Shown in pieces: positions 1-10,899 of a DNA stretch of 64,000 bases. How positions within the stretch are numbered: position 1 is the first letter of the stretch; each line of letters opens with the position of its first letter. Made by a program: the position numbers and the translations under genes. The notes below the pieces were generated by a model. That model worked only from the letters and a program-made list of their open reading frames with translations. It was not told the DNA's origin and made no database searches. Origin of the DNA: Synechococcus sp. (GTDB taxonomy: Bacteria; Cyanobacteriota; Cyanobacteriia; PCC-6307; Cyanobiaceae); assembly GCA_047285535.1 (NCBI GenBank), contig JBJBDC010000001.1:1024136-1088135 (forward strand). Reading direction: 5' to 3'.

Positions 1-218
1 TTGAGACAAAAGGACTCAAATTCATGCGCCATGACATCAAGGAGGAGATTGTTTCCAACCCCATTGCAATCAAACCGATGTCTCAAGAGTTGATCTGCGA
101 TCAAATGATCACCCGTTTATCAATGAAAATATCAATGGCTTTTGCTTTTCTCAAGGGGTAAGGACAATCTCGAAGCAAAAACTGGGCAAAGTAGAAAGAA
201 GATGTCGCCCAACCCTTC

Positions 219-1433
219 ATGCAGCTTCAGATTTTATCCCTAGCTGTCGGAGTATTGGCTTTGGGAGCAACTGTTGGTCTGATGATCCTTTTGTTAGGCC
301 TACAAAAGGTGTTTTCATCAGCACCAACGCTATGGAAAAGCGACGAACAGGACCTTGAAGACACTTCACTTACGGTTGTAATCCCAGCCTTCAATGAGGC
401 AAGCAATATTAAGCGGTGTCTAACACACGTCCTCACATCTGAACTGCCTTGCTTGCACTGGAAGGTCTTGGTCATCGACGATCAATCCAGCGATAGCACG
501 ATAGAAATTGCCGAACAAACGATTCATTCTCTTTGCCGTGATCGCAGACTCAACGTCGAGGTGCTGCAGGCCGGACCGAGACCGCAGGGAGAACGATGGG
601 TCGGAAAGAACTGGTGTTGCAGTCGCGCGATGGAAGAGGTCAAAACTGAGTGGGTGCTGTTCATCGATGCTGATGTCACCTTGGCACCCGATGCCATACG
701 CCGAGCGTTACATCAGAGCACTCATGAAAAGGCTGATTTATTGAGCCTGGCGCCCAGATTGACCTGTGGATGCCTGGTCGAATGGATGGTTCAACCAATC
801 ATGGCGAGTTTGTTAGGGCTGGGGTTTCCGATTCTGAAAGCGAATGACCCTGAATCCAAGGTGGCCTTTGCTGCAGGTCCATTCATGTTGTTCCGCTCGC
901 GAAGCTACAAAGCCATTGGAGGCCACCAAGCCCTCGCCGGAGAAGTCGTAGAAGATCTGGCTTTAGCGCATCGCATTAAGAATTCTGGTTTCCGCTTGCG
1001 ATACGTGCTGGGCATTGATGCAGTCGACTTGCAAATGTATGCCAATCTCGCGGAACTGTGGGAAGGCTGGAGCAAAAACTGGTTTCTAGGCCTCAATCGG
1101 AACATCAGCAAATCAATCGCAGCAGGCAGTGCGGTTCTGTTGATGTTCACATCTCCATGGTTGCTGCTGCCGTCAAGCCTGTTGATGGCGGGCTATAGCC
1201 ACCATGATCAAATTTTATGGCTCACTGATTCTTTTCTCGAGTTATGCGCAATCCTCATGCAGCTGAGTATTCGCCTCTGGACCGCAGCCCGTTTCTCAAT
1301 GCCGAAATGTTATTGGTGGCTAATGGGCATCGGAGGCATTTTGATCTGGGCAATCTCAATCGTTTCCCCTTATAAAACCCTGACTGGCCAAGGCTGGACA
1401 TGGAAAGGAAGGAATCTCGCAGAATCAACTTGA
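219..1433 (+). CDS. Family 2 glycosyltransferase, membrane-anchored (CruG/HpnB-like)
   Basis: VVIPAFNE, IDDQSSD, FIDAD (DxD) and VVEDL motifs; N- and C-terminal hydrophobic helices; ends WKGR. Confidence 0.85.
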   Translation: MQLQILSLAVGVLALGATVGLMILLLGLQKVFSSAPTLWKSDEQDLEDTSLTVVIPAFNEASNIKRCLTHVLTSELPCLHWKVLVIDDQSSDSTIEIAEQTIHSLCRDRRLNVEVLQAGPRPQGERWVGKNWCCSRAMEEVKTEWVLFIDADVTLAPDAIRRALHQSTHEKADLLSLAPRLTCGCLVEWMVQPIMASLLGLGFPILKANDPESKVAFAAGPFMLFRSRSYKAIGGHQALAGEVVEDLALAHRIKNSGFRLRYVLGIDAVDLQMYANLAELWEGWSKNWFLGLNRNISKSIAAGSAVLLMFTSPWLLLPSSLLMAGYSHHDQILWLTDSFLELCAILMQLSIRLWTAARFSMPKCYWWLMGIGGILIWAISIVSPYKTLTGQGWTWKGRNLAEST

Positions 1434-1679
1434 CCCTGTGTCGTGATTCTAAATACAAATCACGACCAAAACCTTTGCTTTCACTTTGAGGGTGAGGCAG
1501 TCACCTTTAGAAGGCTAATGGAGTAAGCAAAGAAATTATCGGCTTGATGAACTCAAACCTGTTTACAAAATCCTGACTGGTTGAGAATGGATTGGAAAGA
1601 ACCCTCGCTGACTGAATCTTAAAGGCATGAACACCTTGGGACTCAAGCAAGACATGATTTTTGCAACTAGATCAACCAC

Positions 1680-2211
1680 ATCTACCAACTTGGTGGGTTT
1701 CTTGCTCTGCGTTTGGCATTGCTGATTCCTGCGACCGTACAGGCCAGTTCAATGGAAATCACAATCAACAGCATCTGCAGCGAAGGGGTCGGTGATTCAA
1801 GGGACACCATCAGTGCTGGAGATACAAACCAAGGCGTGGTGATTATTCCTTCGCTGTGCGGGCTAAACGAAAGAGAACATCGATCCCAGCTACATGAAGG
1901 CAAACATTGAGATCCGCAAACCAATGCTGAAGGCATGAGCATTGCAGAACTAACGGCACTGGGTGATTGGGATCCTGATGGCATTAATACTCTCCACGGT
2001 CCTTTCGCTAACGATCATCGAGGTGACCTCAGCCGATGGGTTGTCGATAGCGATGGAAATACCACCAACAACATGGTGGTAGCGAGGATCAAGACTTCTG
2101 AACTGCATGGTCGAGCCCTTGTGGTGCATGCAGGTGGTGACACCGACGCCGACACACCACCCTTCTCATGGCGGTGGCGGTGTTTGCATTACTTGAGAAG
2201 TGGGGGCATAA
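1680..2211 (+). pseudogene. sodC: Cu/Zn superoxide dismutase pseudogene
   Basis: Signal peptide, then LG(D)WDP, HRGDLSR, GRALVVHAGGDT and GGGG in a shifted frame. Likely start codon reads ATC (1680); in-frame TGA 1908-1910; +1 frameshift near 2165; TGA 2194-2196. Confidence 0.85.
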
Positions 2212-3169
2212 GCACAAGGCCTCTGTAGTGAATCCACAAATCAGCGCTGGGCCTTCAAGTCACGCCTGGAATCGTTTCATTCAGAGCTGGCAAAAATCGC
2301 ACAGAACATCGCCACTAAGAGCAGCAACCCAGTCGGTTGAAGTCCTAGCAAGGCATTAGAACCAACCCTTTAATCAAGAGGACTGGGCTACAGCGTTCTC
2401 AGTGCATATCCTACGTGCACCCGACACCAAACAAGACGTGCGTAGCGGTCAGGAGCATCCCTCCAGATAAACCTGCCTGTGCTCAAGATGGTGCGAGAAT
2501 GTGTGACTGGCTGAGTCATATTGCCAACCAAATTGACACAGACACGAGAAACCTTGCCCGACTTCAAAGTCATAAAGGCTCTGGTTCTTTCTCTTCCAGG
2601 GACTAATCGGATGTTGCTCTTCCGCTACACACGTTCGGACAGTTATTAAAAGATGTCAGCGAATCATTTTTTCTAAGAGAGCAAAGATTTGCCCAGATTG
2701 CATGTGCACACTGGGCAACGAATACCATCAGCTGCTTTTGGGAGATACCGGATCAGTCAAGAGCTCAACATCAAGAACTATTATAAATACTGTGCGGTCA
2801 CGATGCAACACATATTGATTATTTAAAGAGCAAAGAAATTTCAGATAAAAGCACGAGACAGGAAAAGATACTCAGGAGGCAATCACACAATCTTGCTCGA
2901 ACGAAATGCAATTCATTATTCATCTACTACAGAATGCGCAGAACAAATTCAAAGATAATTACTAGATTGATTCAAACAAACACCAAAAGAGACAGCCATA
3001 TCAACAGCAGTCAGACATTCAAATCGATCACGATTGGTTGTATTTAGCAAAACCAAAGCCGCATCAAAGATTTCAGAGTGCATACACAACAGAACCAAAA
3101 CAATTCACAAAGCCTTTGAAATCAAAGTTCGATTTTGATCTGCCGGCTCATCTCTATGGACAGACCTGA

Positions 3170-3373
3170 TTAACGAACAGCTGAGTCGCTTGAGGACTTT
3201 GATGGATCGAGAGAATGCGCAAGAGCCAGCAGGCCAGCCGCGAGCGCGGTTTCCCCCTCAATTTGCATTATTCTATGGAGGGCGATCACTTCGCCATAGT
3301 CAGCAGCTGCAGTGCCATTGATAAGGCCGCGAGCGGTGCATCGAGCCACAGCGAGCTGAAGAGAGATCGTCAT
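3170..3373 (-). CDS. Small hypothetical protein (MTISLQLAVARCTARGLING...)
   Basis: 67-aa ORF from ATG 3373; resembles a recalled picocyanobacterial family. Confidence 0.6.
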   Translation of the reverse strand: MTISLQLAVARCTARGLINGTAAADYGEVIALHRIMQIEGETALAAGLLALAHSLDPSKSSSDSAVR

Positions 3374-3491
3374 GCACTCACGTTGGCCCAAGAATGAGCA
3401 AACCCACCGAAGCTTCCGGTTTCCAGCTGATTCCGAAGCACAAACCAGCAGCAAGCTTGTTAATATTTCGCAACATTGAAGAGTTTATGGC

Positions 3492-3728
3492 ATGGTCTCA
3501 ACACTTTTCCCCTTGGCTTACGGAATTGTTTTTGCCTTACTACTAGTGCAGGCCTTCCAAATGATGCGCTTGGGCACAAATCCTTTTAGATCAAAGAATT
3601 CAGATCGTACAGGCTTGCTTACCATCCATCCTGAACTCCTCGACACCAATGGATCCATCACAGAAGAAGACCTGATGGTTGTCCATTTTCAAAGCAAAGC
3701 TCGTTCAGAAGATTCCATCAATGATTGA
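3492..3728 (+). CDS. DUF2973 family protein
   Basis: N-terminal TM helix plus RTGLLTIHPELLD motif. Confidence 0.8.
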   Translation: MVSTLFPLAYGIVFALLLVQAFQMMRLGTNPFRSKNSDRTGLLTIHPELLDTNGSITEEDLMVVHFQSKARSEDSIND

Positions 3729-3774
3729 ACGAGGGCTTGATCGCATTCAGAATGAGGAACCAAACTCCCAACCA

Positions 3775-3906
3775 ATGACCCTCAATCAATTTTTGATCTT
3801 CTTGGTCATAGGAATTGCCATAGCAGGGGCTACGGGATCTACCTGGCTTTGGTGGATACTCGCCATCTGCACAGTCTTAGTTGTTTTCAAACTTCTTAGA
3901 AAATAA
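3775..3906 (+). CDS. Small membrane protein (43 aa)
   Basis: Two short hydrophobic segments; tightly spaced between co-oriented genes. Confidence 0.5.
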   Translation: MTLNQFLIFLVIGIAIAGATGSTWLWWILAICTVLVVFKLLRK

Positions 3907-3919
3907 TACGTAATCAGCA

Positions 3920-4549
3920 ATGACAACTCAACTGGTGGCGATCAACTGGGCTAAAGCAACAACAATTGCAATAATTTTTATCTTAATCATTACATTTGGC
4001 ATCGAAGGGCAGCGTCAAATCTTGTATGCATGTATGCACATTAGTTACTGCTGCTGGTGGCTACTAGAGCAAAAAATCTATCCAGATCGCACTCAACAGA
4101 TGTTCACAGAAAAAATAGGACCTTCCGGTTTCGCTGGAGCACTATTGATCGTCGGCATCCTTTATTCACTGCCTGCATTTCTAGCCTTCAGCAATCATAA
4201 AGAATTATCCATTGCAGCTACTGCAACAGCGGTTCCACTTTTCTACTTCGGAAGCTTAATCAATACCGCCGCTGACATCCAGAAGAGCACTGAAAAATTA
4301 AGTGGTGCAGGCCTAGTGCGCTCTGGCATCTGGAGTGGAGTACGAAATATAAATTATACTGGTGATTTAATGCGTTACCTAAGCTTCAGCGTCATAGCGG
4401 GCTCGGCATGGGCATTTTTAGTTCCACTTTCGATTCTGATTCTTTATTTACAGCGTATTCGAGACAAAGAAATGTCGATGAGAACAAAATATCAAGATTA
4501 TCCTGATTACGAATCAACAAGTTATTGCCTTATTCCAGGGATTTGGTAA
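3920..4549 (+). CDS. DUF1295 / isoprenylcysteine methyltransferase-like membrane protein
   Basis: Multiple TM helices; GLVRSGIWSGVRNINYTGD; C-terminal Y..Y...IPGIW. Confidence 0.75.
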   Translation: MTTQLVAINWAKATTIAIIFILIITFGIEGQRQILYACMHISYCCWWLLEQKIYPDRTQQMFTEKIGPSGFAGALLIVGILYSLPAFLAFSNHKELSIAATATAVPLFYFGSLINTAADIQKSTEKLSGAGLVRSGIWSGVRNINYTGDLMRYLSFSVIAGSAWAFLVPLSILILYLQRIRDKEMSMRTKYQDYPDYESTSYCLIPGIW

Positions 4550-4559
4550 GAATATCAAC

Positions 4560-4963
4560 ATGATCAGATCAATCTTAAATATTTTTTGGCTAATTCTAGG
4601 TGGACTCCCAATGGCGCTTGGTTGGTGGCTAGCAGGTTTGCTGAGTGCAATCAGCATCGTGAAATGCCATGGACCCGCTCTTGTTTTGTCCTTGGTACTT
4701 TCTCCTTCTGGCCTTTTGGCTTTGAAGCAGTAAATAGCCGTGAGCTGAGCGGACTGAACGATTTAGGATCAGGACCGATGGGTCGCATCGGAAACGTAGT
4801 TTGTTTCTTAGTTGCAGGATGTTGGTTAGCGATCGGTCATCTGAGTTCCGCATTGGCTTGCTTCATCTCAATCATTGGAATTCCCTTCGGCATTCAGCAC
4901 ATCAAACTCGCGCTCATTGCCTTAGCTCCGGTCGGAATGACGATTGTTCCGACCCAGCATTAA
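4560..4963 (+). pseudogene. yccF: YccF-domain inner membrane protein, frameshifted
   Basis: ATG 4560 gives MIRSILNIFWLILGG...; a shift near 4660 continues as MPWTRSCF..FWPFG and ISIIGIPFGIQHIKLA. Confidence 0.8.
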
Positions 4964-4988
4964 TTCACGTCACAAGGAGAGGTACACC

Positions 4989-5114
4989 ATGGACCCAGAC
5001 GTACGGAGACTGGTGGTTGGCCAGCTGCTTGTGATCGTGATCCCAGTCGGAACCCTGATCGCTCTCTGGATCACCATGCTGAATTGGAAATTCAATTGCA
5101 GAGGAGTGAAATAA
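4989..5114 (+). CDS. Small membrane protein (41 aa; MDPDVRRLVVGQLLVIVIPVG...)
   Basis: Read manually; AAGGAGAGG RBS upstream; single TM helix; absent from ORF track. Confidence 0.55.
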   Translation: MDPDVRRLVVGQLLVIVIPVGTLIALWITMLNWKFNCRGVK

Positions 5115-5195
5115 GACATCTCGCCACTAGTGTGGCCATCAAAGAAATCCGTTGGCAAGCTGATAGGGATGAGCCTGTCGATAATCCGAAGCACC

Positions 5196-5423
5196 ATGGA
5201 CATCCCCTGTGAGTTTCAAGCCTTCTCCAACGTTCATGCCATAAGAGACGGCAGCTCATTCATCAATGTTCTCGGCTGGATGTGGAACGAAGACAAAGGC
5301 ATCCAGTATCTGGCCTGGGACGGAAGCATCTATTCAGCCAGTTCCATTGACGGCATTAGTCCTCAAGCATCACACCAGCTTTATCGAACCGCAAATTCAC
5401 TTGAGAAGCTTGCTGAACATTAA
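5196..5423 (+). CDS. Hypothetical protein (MDIPCEFQAFS...)
   Basis: 75-aa ORF with globular composition. Confidence 0.55.
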   Translation: MDIPCEFQAFSNVHAIRDGSSFINVLGWMWNEDKGIQYLAWDGSIYSASSIDGISPQASHQLYRTANSLEKLAEH

Positions 5424-5705
5424 GGAGGACTTGTAGAGACAAATACTTACGCAAGCAAGATCGATTGAAAGCTCAACATGAAATCACCTACAGGAGATAC
5501 GTTGCCTACTGCTGGTAAAAGCCCCTAATAGGGATACGACGAACTATGCCAGGCTCACTGTCGCAGGCTTCGTGATGAACATGAAATCACGAAGGAACTC
5601 AGGGAGTTCCTGTTAAATCTGATAAACGCTTCGATGGTGACTGGAAAAAAATTTGCAGAAACACTCTGAGCCGTGCCAGAACAGTGGAAAGCATAACTTT
5701 GGCGG

Positions 5706-5945
5706 ATGACCAGCACAGCGCAACAATCGATCCATCTCACAACCGGCGAAGACACACTTATTGATGCACTAAGAGGAATCAGAACAAAAGCAGAGCTCAT
5801 TCTCTTGCGTGAGCGTTTGACACAAAACCCAGCTAACCCTCCTTTGTTCCACTGGGTCTGCAATTTACTCATCGCACGAAGGATCTCTCGAGGACTTGCA
5901 GCCCGTGTGCTGTCACAATTGCACGAAGAGATTGAGGAAAGATGA
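5706..5945 (+). CDS. Hypothetical helical protein
   Basis: 79-aa ORF; PPLFHWVCNLLIARRISRGLAARVL resembles a recalled picocyanobacterial family. Confidence 0.65.
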   Translation: MTSTAQQSIHLTTGEDTLIDALRGIRTKAELILLRERLTQNPANPPLFHWVCNLLIARRISRGLAARVLSQLHEEIEER

Positions 5946-6502
5946 AGCCAGTATCCATTTGCTCTTTAGAAGCAGATAGATCGGCAGAGAAAGCATCAAC
6001 CCAAAGAAGCCACTGACCATCTCAATGGCTTACACACGAAATAACAAGGAACTCTAAGAAAGGAAGTCGCGAAGGGATTGTTAGCAGTAAACGGTCGAAG
6101 CAATTACGCCATTACCATAAACATTTACTGAGGTCCAATGGATGGGTTGAGATCTACTGAATCACCAGTATCCAGATACAATTCGATAGGAACTCATAGG
6201 TACTGAACTCCACGTTGGGGTTTCTACCTCATTCACTCGAAGCCCACCTGAATGAATGGAGGAATAGAAATATCATCACAGAGGGCCGTTAGATAACGCA
6301 AAATCATCATTAATGGACTGTCAAACCGCATCCACGCAAGGAGTAGATAAGGATCATCTTCCTTAGCAGTAGAAGAGCCGAGCAAAACAAGAAAACGACA
6401 ACAACTCAGTAGCTAGACCAATGCAAGAAGGTAAATAAAGCTGGGCACATATTGACTGATACATGGGAAAGCTGTTAACAATAGTTAGTCGGGATTTTTC
6501 AA

Positions 6503-6868
6503 ATGCTTACTGGCGCAGAGCTTCTCTCCAAAGTCAAGGAACTTGGAGATGTATCCAAAACCGATTTAGCAACTCAGTGCGGTTACGTCTCAAAAAAGAA
6601 AGACGGAAGTGATCGCGTCAACTTCACAGCATTCTATGAGGCTCTGCTAAATGCCAAAGGGATTGAACTCGGTGGTGGTTCAGCGAATGTTGGAAAAGGT
6701 GGTCGCAAACTGAGCTACATAGCCAAAGTGCAAGGCAATGGAAATCTATTAATCGGCAAAGCCTACACAGCAATGCTAGATCTCAATCCCGGTGATAATT
6801 TCACAATCAAATTAGGTCGCAAGCAAATCCGCTTAATCCCCGAAGGATCTGACGACAATGAAGAATGA
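6503..6868 (+). CDS. Cyanobacterial AbrB-like transcriptional regulator
   Basis: LTGAELL.KVKEL, CGY, F..FYEALL.AKG, GRKLSY, VQGNGNLLIGKAYT, IKLGRKQIRL. Confidence 0.92.
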   Translation: MLTGAELLSKVKELGDVSKTDLATQCGYVSKKKDGSDRVNFTAFYEALLNAKGIELGGGSANVGKGGRKLSYIAKVQGNGNLLIGKAYTAMLDLNPGDNFTIKLGRKQIRLIPEGSDDNEE

Positions 6869-6890
6869 CAAAACCTTCATAAGCGAGCGA

Positions 6891-6917
6891 AAGGAGGCTG
6901 ATCCAGCCTCTTTTTTT
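6891..6917 (+). terminator. Intrinsic terminator of abrB-like gene
   Basis: GAGGCTG-atc-CAGCCTC followed by T7. Confidence 0.8.
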
Positions 6918-7113
6918 CGAGAATAAATGCATGCGTAGCGGGAGGACAACTAATTCAAAAGACAGATTATTACCTGAGACCTAAATCGAGAATCAAAACA
7001 ATACAAGTACAAAGACTAATGAACTAACGAAACCACCAATTTGCAAAATATAATTTAGAAATCAAACATACAATTCTGAATAAATTGGAAATCAGACGCA
7101 TCTCTCGCACGAA

Positions 7114-7311
7114 TTATAAAACACTATCCCATTTGACCTTACCATCAAGAAGTTCCATCAATTCTTCAAGTTTTTGATTGGTAACGCGTACATCAGCAGC
7201 ATCAGGCATGGTGCCCTCTTCAATGAGAACGTTATAATGCTCACGGCACATATTACGCAGTTCCTGAAGGCGCTTCTTGGTAATTGTCCGTTTCTCTTCT
7301 GCTGTTGCCAT
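7114..7311 (-). CDS. Small hypothetical protein (MATAEEKRTITKKRLQELR...)
   Basis: 65-aa charged helical ORF. Confidence 0.7.
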   Translation of the reverse strand: MATAEEKRTITKKRLQELRNMCREHYNVLIEEGTMPDAADVRVTNQKLEELMELLDGKVKWDSVL

Positions 7312-8787
7312 GTTGGAGTCCAATTCGTAACCGATAGCCAGTCTGCCTTACCGAGCGCATTCCGCCAAACACACTATGACCGTGAGTCTGACGAATTCTG
7401 GATAGAGCAAGAACAAGGCAAAAATCCGAATTCAAGCTAGATGAATAGAGTCCATTACAACGCAGCCAACCCTAAGGGCTCTAAGCGAAATTGATCTTAA
7501 GAGAAGTCAAACAAATTTCTTATCCTGACACCAAGGGAATAAGGGATTCTTCTATTGAATTAAATTAAAGAGCGATCCACAAAACAACTCGAATATCACA
7601 AAAGACTTACCTAGCAACAACATTGCCTAAATGAGCAAAGAACAAAATACAATCAAGCATTAATGCAATCCTTCAGTTTTAAATCATTGTGCCTAAGCCA
7701 CATGCCTGTATGTGATGAGCACAAGTTAAAATCACGAAATCAATAGACACAAACAGCGAAGAGGCAGCTCATCACTCATGGACTGGTCAATCTAAAGCAG
7801 TGAAGGCCATTCGTCATTTACGGGGCGGGAATGGATCCATAGGCCCGTATTATCGATCTCTCCAGAGTCATTGACCGTGCCTAGACACCCATCTTGCATG
7901 GCGAGTCTTACTCTCGAGTTCCCAACGACGCCATTCCACTGAGGAGGCAGGAGCTGCCGTTGGCATCAAGGCTGGATCAGTCCAATAGTCAGGAGAATCG
8001 AGTGTGGATTGATCTATCGGGCAGCAAGGTCCCTGCATGACGAGAAGAACTTTAGATTTTCTTCATCATGCTCCTGCGACCCCCATTGGCGCAAGGCTTC
8101 CGAAGAAAGCGAAATGCTGTATCAACAAGCCTTCAGTTCTCCGGAACCAAGAATAAACACCAAAAAAATTTCCGAACCACTCAAGGATGAGCCCCGAATG
8201 AGGCCAGACGTTGGGAGTCAACACAACAGGTCAAAATCTCAGATCCTGAACATTGAGGACATCTACAACAAAGAAAGAAGGAGGGAGGCAGGATCATTCC
8301 GCCTCCTTCAAACCAAAGGAACGGCTAGTCATCGGAAATGAATCGATTTACAGAATTTCTGAAGAAAAAACACAAAGGTCACCCATTGAAATCACGTCAT
8401 CCAACGTAAGCTTATATACCTATGGAAATCGTCGATGCCCCTTCCCCTTCAAAAATATGAACTGTCATCGATGAAGTGGGCATCGAACGGAGAACTCTCA
8501 ACTCATGACATCCACAAGCTACTCAAAAAATTGAGTGAGGTACAAGCTTGTCAACAACAAACAAAAACTTTAGAGCCAGCAAAAAGCACAAAACAATATT
8601 GAAGACTCATTCCTAGATTTTTATAGCTGGATTCTTCGCACAAAAGCTTCAAACGCTAAGCCAAACTAAATAAAATATTCAGGAATACATAAAGATAATA
8701 CAAAGTCATCTTGATCCCAAGGTTAATCAGTAGATCGCAAGCTTTTAGGCCAAAGAAGGCCAAAATACTGAGAAAAGAACAATTAAG

Positions 8788-8985
8788 ATGTATACGATTG
8801 AGCACTTGTCAGACGAATGCTGGATACCAGAAGTAAGTAGAGAGACGGAATTCAAAGCATTTGTAGATGCTCGAACCAAATGTATGGCTACAGGCAAAAT
8901 CTATCGGGTAGTCGATGAGAAACGCAATGTAAAGTACACCATCACATTAGATACCTGTAAAAAGCAATTATTTTCAAATCAATAG
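8788..8985 (+). CDS. Small hypothetical protein (MYTIEHLSDECW...)
   Basis: 65-aa ORF; N-terminal pattern shared with ORF at 12984-13190. Confidence 0.65.
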   Translation: MYTIEHLSDECWIPEVSRETEFKAFVDARTKCMATGKIYRVVDEKRNVKYTITLDTCKKQLFSNQ

Positions 8986-9001
8986 AGTCGACTAAAAAGA
9001 A

Positions 9002-9127
9002 CTACTGGGCAGTAGCAGGTATAGTCTCCAGCAATTCAGGTGAAAAATAAGCATCAGCAAAATCAATTATAAAATGAAAGACCATAATGTCTAAAATAAT
9101 AGACGCAACAATCGCAAGAAAAGTCAT
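9002..9127 (-). CDS. Possible 41-aa membrane microprotein (MTFLAIVASIILDIMVF...)
   Basis: Read manually; hydrophobic N-terminal half. Confidence 0.35.
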   Translation of the reverse strand: MTFLAIVASIILDIMVFHFIIDFADAYFSPELLETIPATAQ

Positions 9128-9525
9128 AGTCTTAGCGGGAATCCAAGCAGAATAGTAAAGAGAGTCAATTATAGAGAAGTATTGTGAATAAAGGGACTAG
9201 CAACTATTCACTGATTCATAAGAAGCCTGAGAACTAGCAATCACAGACCCTTGAAGCTGTAATCAGAAGCACTTAGGAGAAAAACACTTGCGCAAGATTG
9301 GTCGCCCGATAAAAACGATAGTAATAATCAGAAAACAATGAAAATCAAAAGCAATGGGTCGAATTCTAGACATACAAACCAGATAACAATCATGTGTTAG
9401 CAGTGAATCCTGTATAAAAAAGAATTCAGACAGGAAAACTTTGGCAACTATCAATTAAAACGCTATAAGTTTAAGGCCCAGCATATAAGTGAAAAGGCTT
9501 ACTAGAAAGGATAAGGATACTTTCT

Positions 9526-9562
9526 CAATAAAAACCACCCACAGGATGGGTGGTTTTTATTG
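9526..9562. terminator. Bidirectional intrinsic terminator
   Basis: Perfect 16-bp inverted repeat CAATAAAAACCACCCA / TGGGTGGTTTTTATTG with 5-nt loop. Confidence 0.85.
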
Positions 9563-9650
9563 CCAAGCAATCCCCCTCACCCGGCCCTAGCTATCACATA
9601 ATGGTGTGATAGTTTATGTTAGTTCCTCGACTGGGAAACAAGCCATAATT
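9526..9650 (-). ncRNA. Candidate small RNA (Yfr-like)
   Basis: No substantial ORF; hairpin CTATCACA/TGTGATAG, G-rich segment, strong terminator, TATAGT -10 candidate at 9659-9664 on minus strand. Confidence 0.45.
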
Positions 9651-9748
9651 TTTGATTCACTATAGATTGCGGCACTGTTCAGTAAAGTTATGAGAACAGA
9701 ATTCCATCCAACCTGATCGTTACCTGCTGTGAATGAGGACAAAATGCT

Positions 9749-10037
9749 ATGAACTCAATTTTATCGCTGCTTCAAGACAAAATTTTTCTTTCCAAAAATC
9801 TATTTCGTTCTGAAAAGGAACAGGCGAATTGGCAACGTGCTGACCTAGACCAAAGAGACTTGAATGAAATCAGTGGCCTTTCTAAGCAGAATTTGTGCAA
9901 CATCAAAAGGATCAACCATCGATGCCGTAGGGAATGGCAAGTATCGCGTTTGTAACAAAGAATCCAGCTGTTCAGAAGTCGATGGATTGTGGAAAGCCTA
10001 TGAAACGCTAAGAACACAGGAGCAACGAATAGGATAG
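9749..10037 (+). pseudogene. Hypothetical protein split by +1 frameshift
   Basis: Removing one A from AAAA at 9905-9908 joins MNSILS...LCNIK to GSTIDAVGNGKYRVC..CSEVDGLWKAYETLR..., ending TAG 10035-10037. Confidence 0.7.
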
Positions 10038-10497
10038 TCGCAGAGTTTGTTCTTGTTGCTACTGATACATCGGCCACGCAGACCAACGCTCATTGAAACA
10101 AGAATCCAAGACAGCAGACACGAAACAATGCAGTCGCGAGGTAAAAAGAACGATCAAACCGATCGCATTGATCCGCATAAGATCTTTATCTTGTGTGCGA
10201 CATGACATTCCATAGAGGGATATGAGCTATCCAATTCAATCAAAGTTGTTTCAGCTTAGACCGCATGTTAACAAACCAGCAGTGAAATGAACCAAATTGA
10301 AGAGATTCACAAGAGACAAAAGACTAAATAATGACCTCGAAAAAGTGAGAATCAGTTTAAAAATAGTTATCTAAAAAGGGCAAACTTTGAACGCAATCCC
10401 CTCGAAGCAGCGCTTAATGCGCAAAACCTTACAAAACACCACTAGATAAAAATTTGAAAAGAAACCATCTCATCTAACGAAAGATAGCAGAAGCATG

Positions 10498-10899
10498 TCA
10501 ATAGCAAGCATCGCCTTGTTTTAATTTATAGGCAGCTTCAGGATGAGCATTCTTCCAAATAATACAGTTCTTCTCTTCTAAAGATAAATTCGCAAACTCA
10601 TTCCAACTAGAAGAGGGAGTCTCAGGAAGATCTTTTGGGGACGAGTCAATTCGATCTGGAACTGGTTCCGAGATCGGTTTAGTCTTATCACTAGATGGTA
10701 CTAAAACCTCAGCATAAGGAACATCATCAGATTGAATATACTCTTGCTGAGAATCCAATTCAACTTTGCGAGAAGACAAACCATCAATTGCAAGCGTACC
10801 AATAAAAAACCCCATCACAGAAAATGCGATGCCAACAAGCAATTCACGCTTTTTAGTCAATCCCAATACTTTAAGCATCGCCTTCACACCATTTCTCAT
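10498..10899 (-). CDS. Membrane-anchored hypothetical protein
   Basis: N-terminal TM helix, Pro/Ser linker, C-terminal C..WK.AHPEAAYKL..GD.CY segment. Confidence 0.65.
   Translation of the reverse strand: MRNGVKAMLKVLGLTKKRELLVGIAFSVMGFFIGTLAIDGLSSRKVELDSQQEYIQSDDVPYAEVLVPSSDKTKPISEPVPDRIDSSPKDLPETPSSSWNEFANLSLEEKNCIIWKNAHPEAAYKLKQGDACY

Noticed and set aside
7760..8474. Moderately GC-rich stretch and ORFs 8009-8341 and 8253-8474
   Set aside because: Looks like possible remnant DNA, but no frame I read gave a recognisable protein
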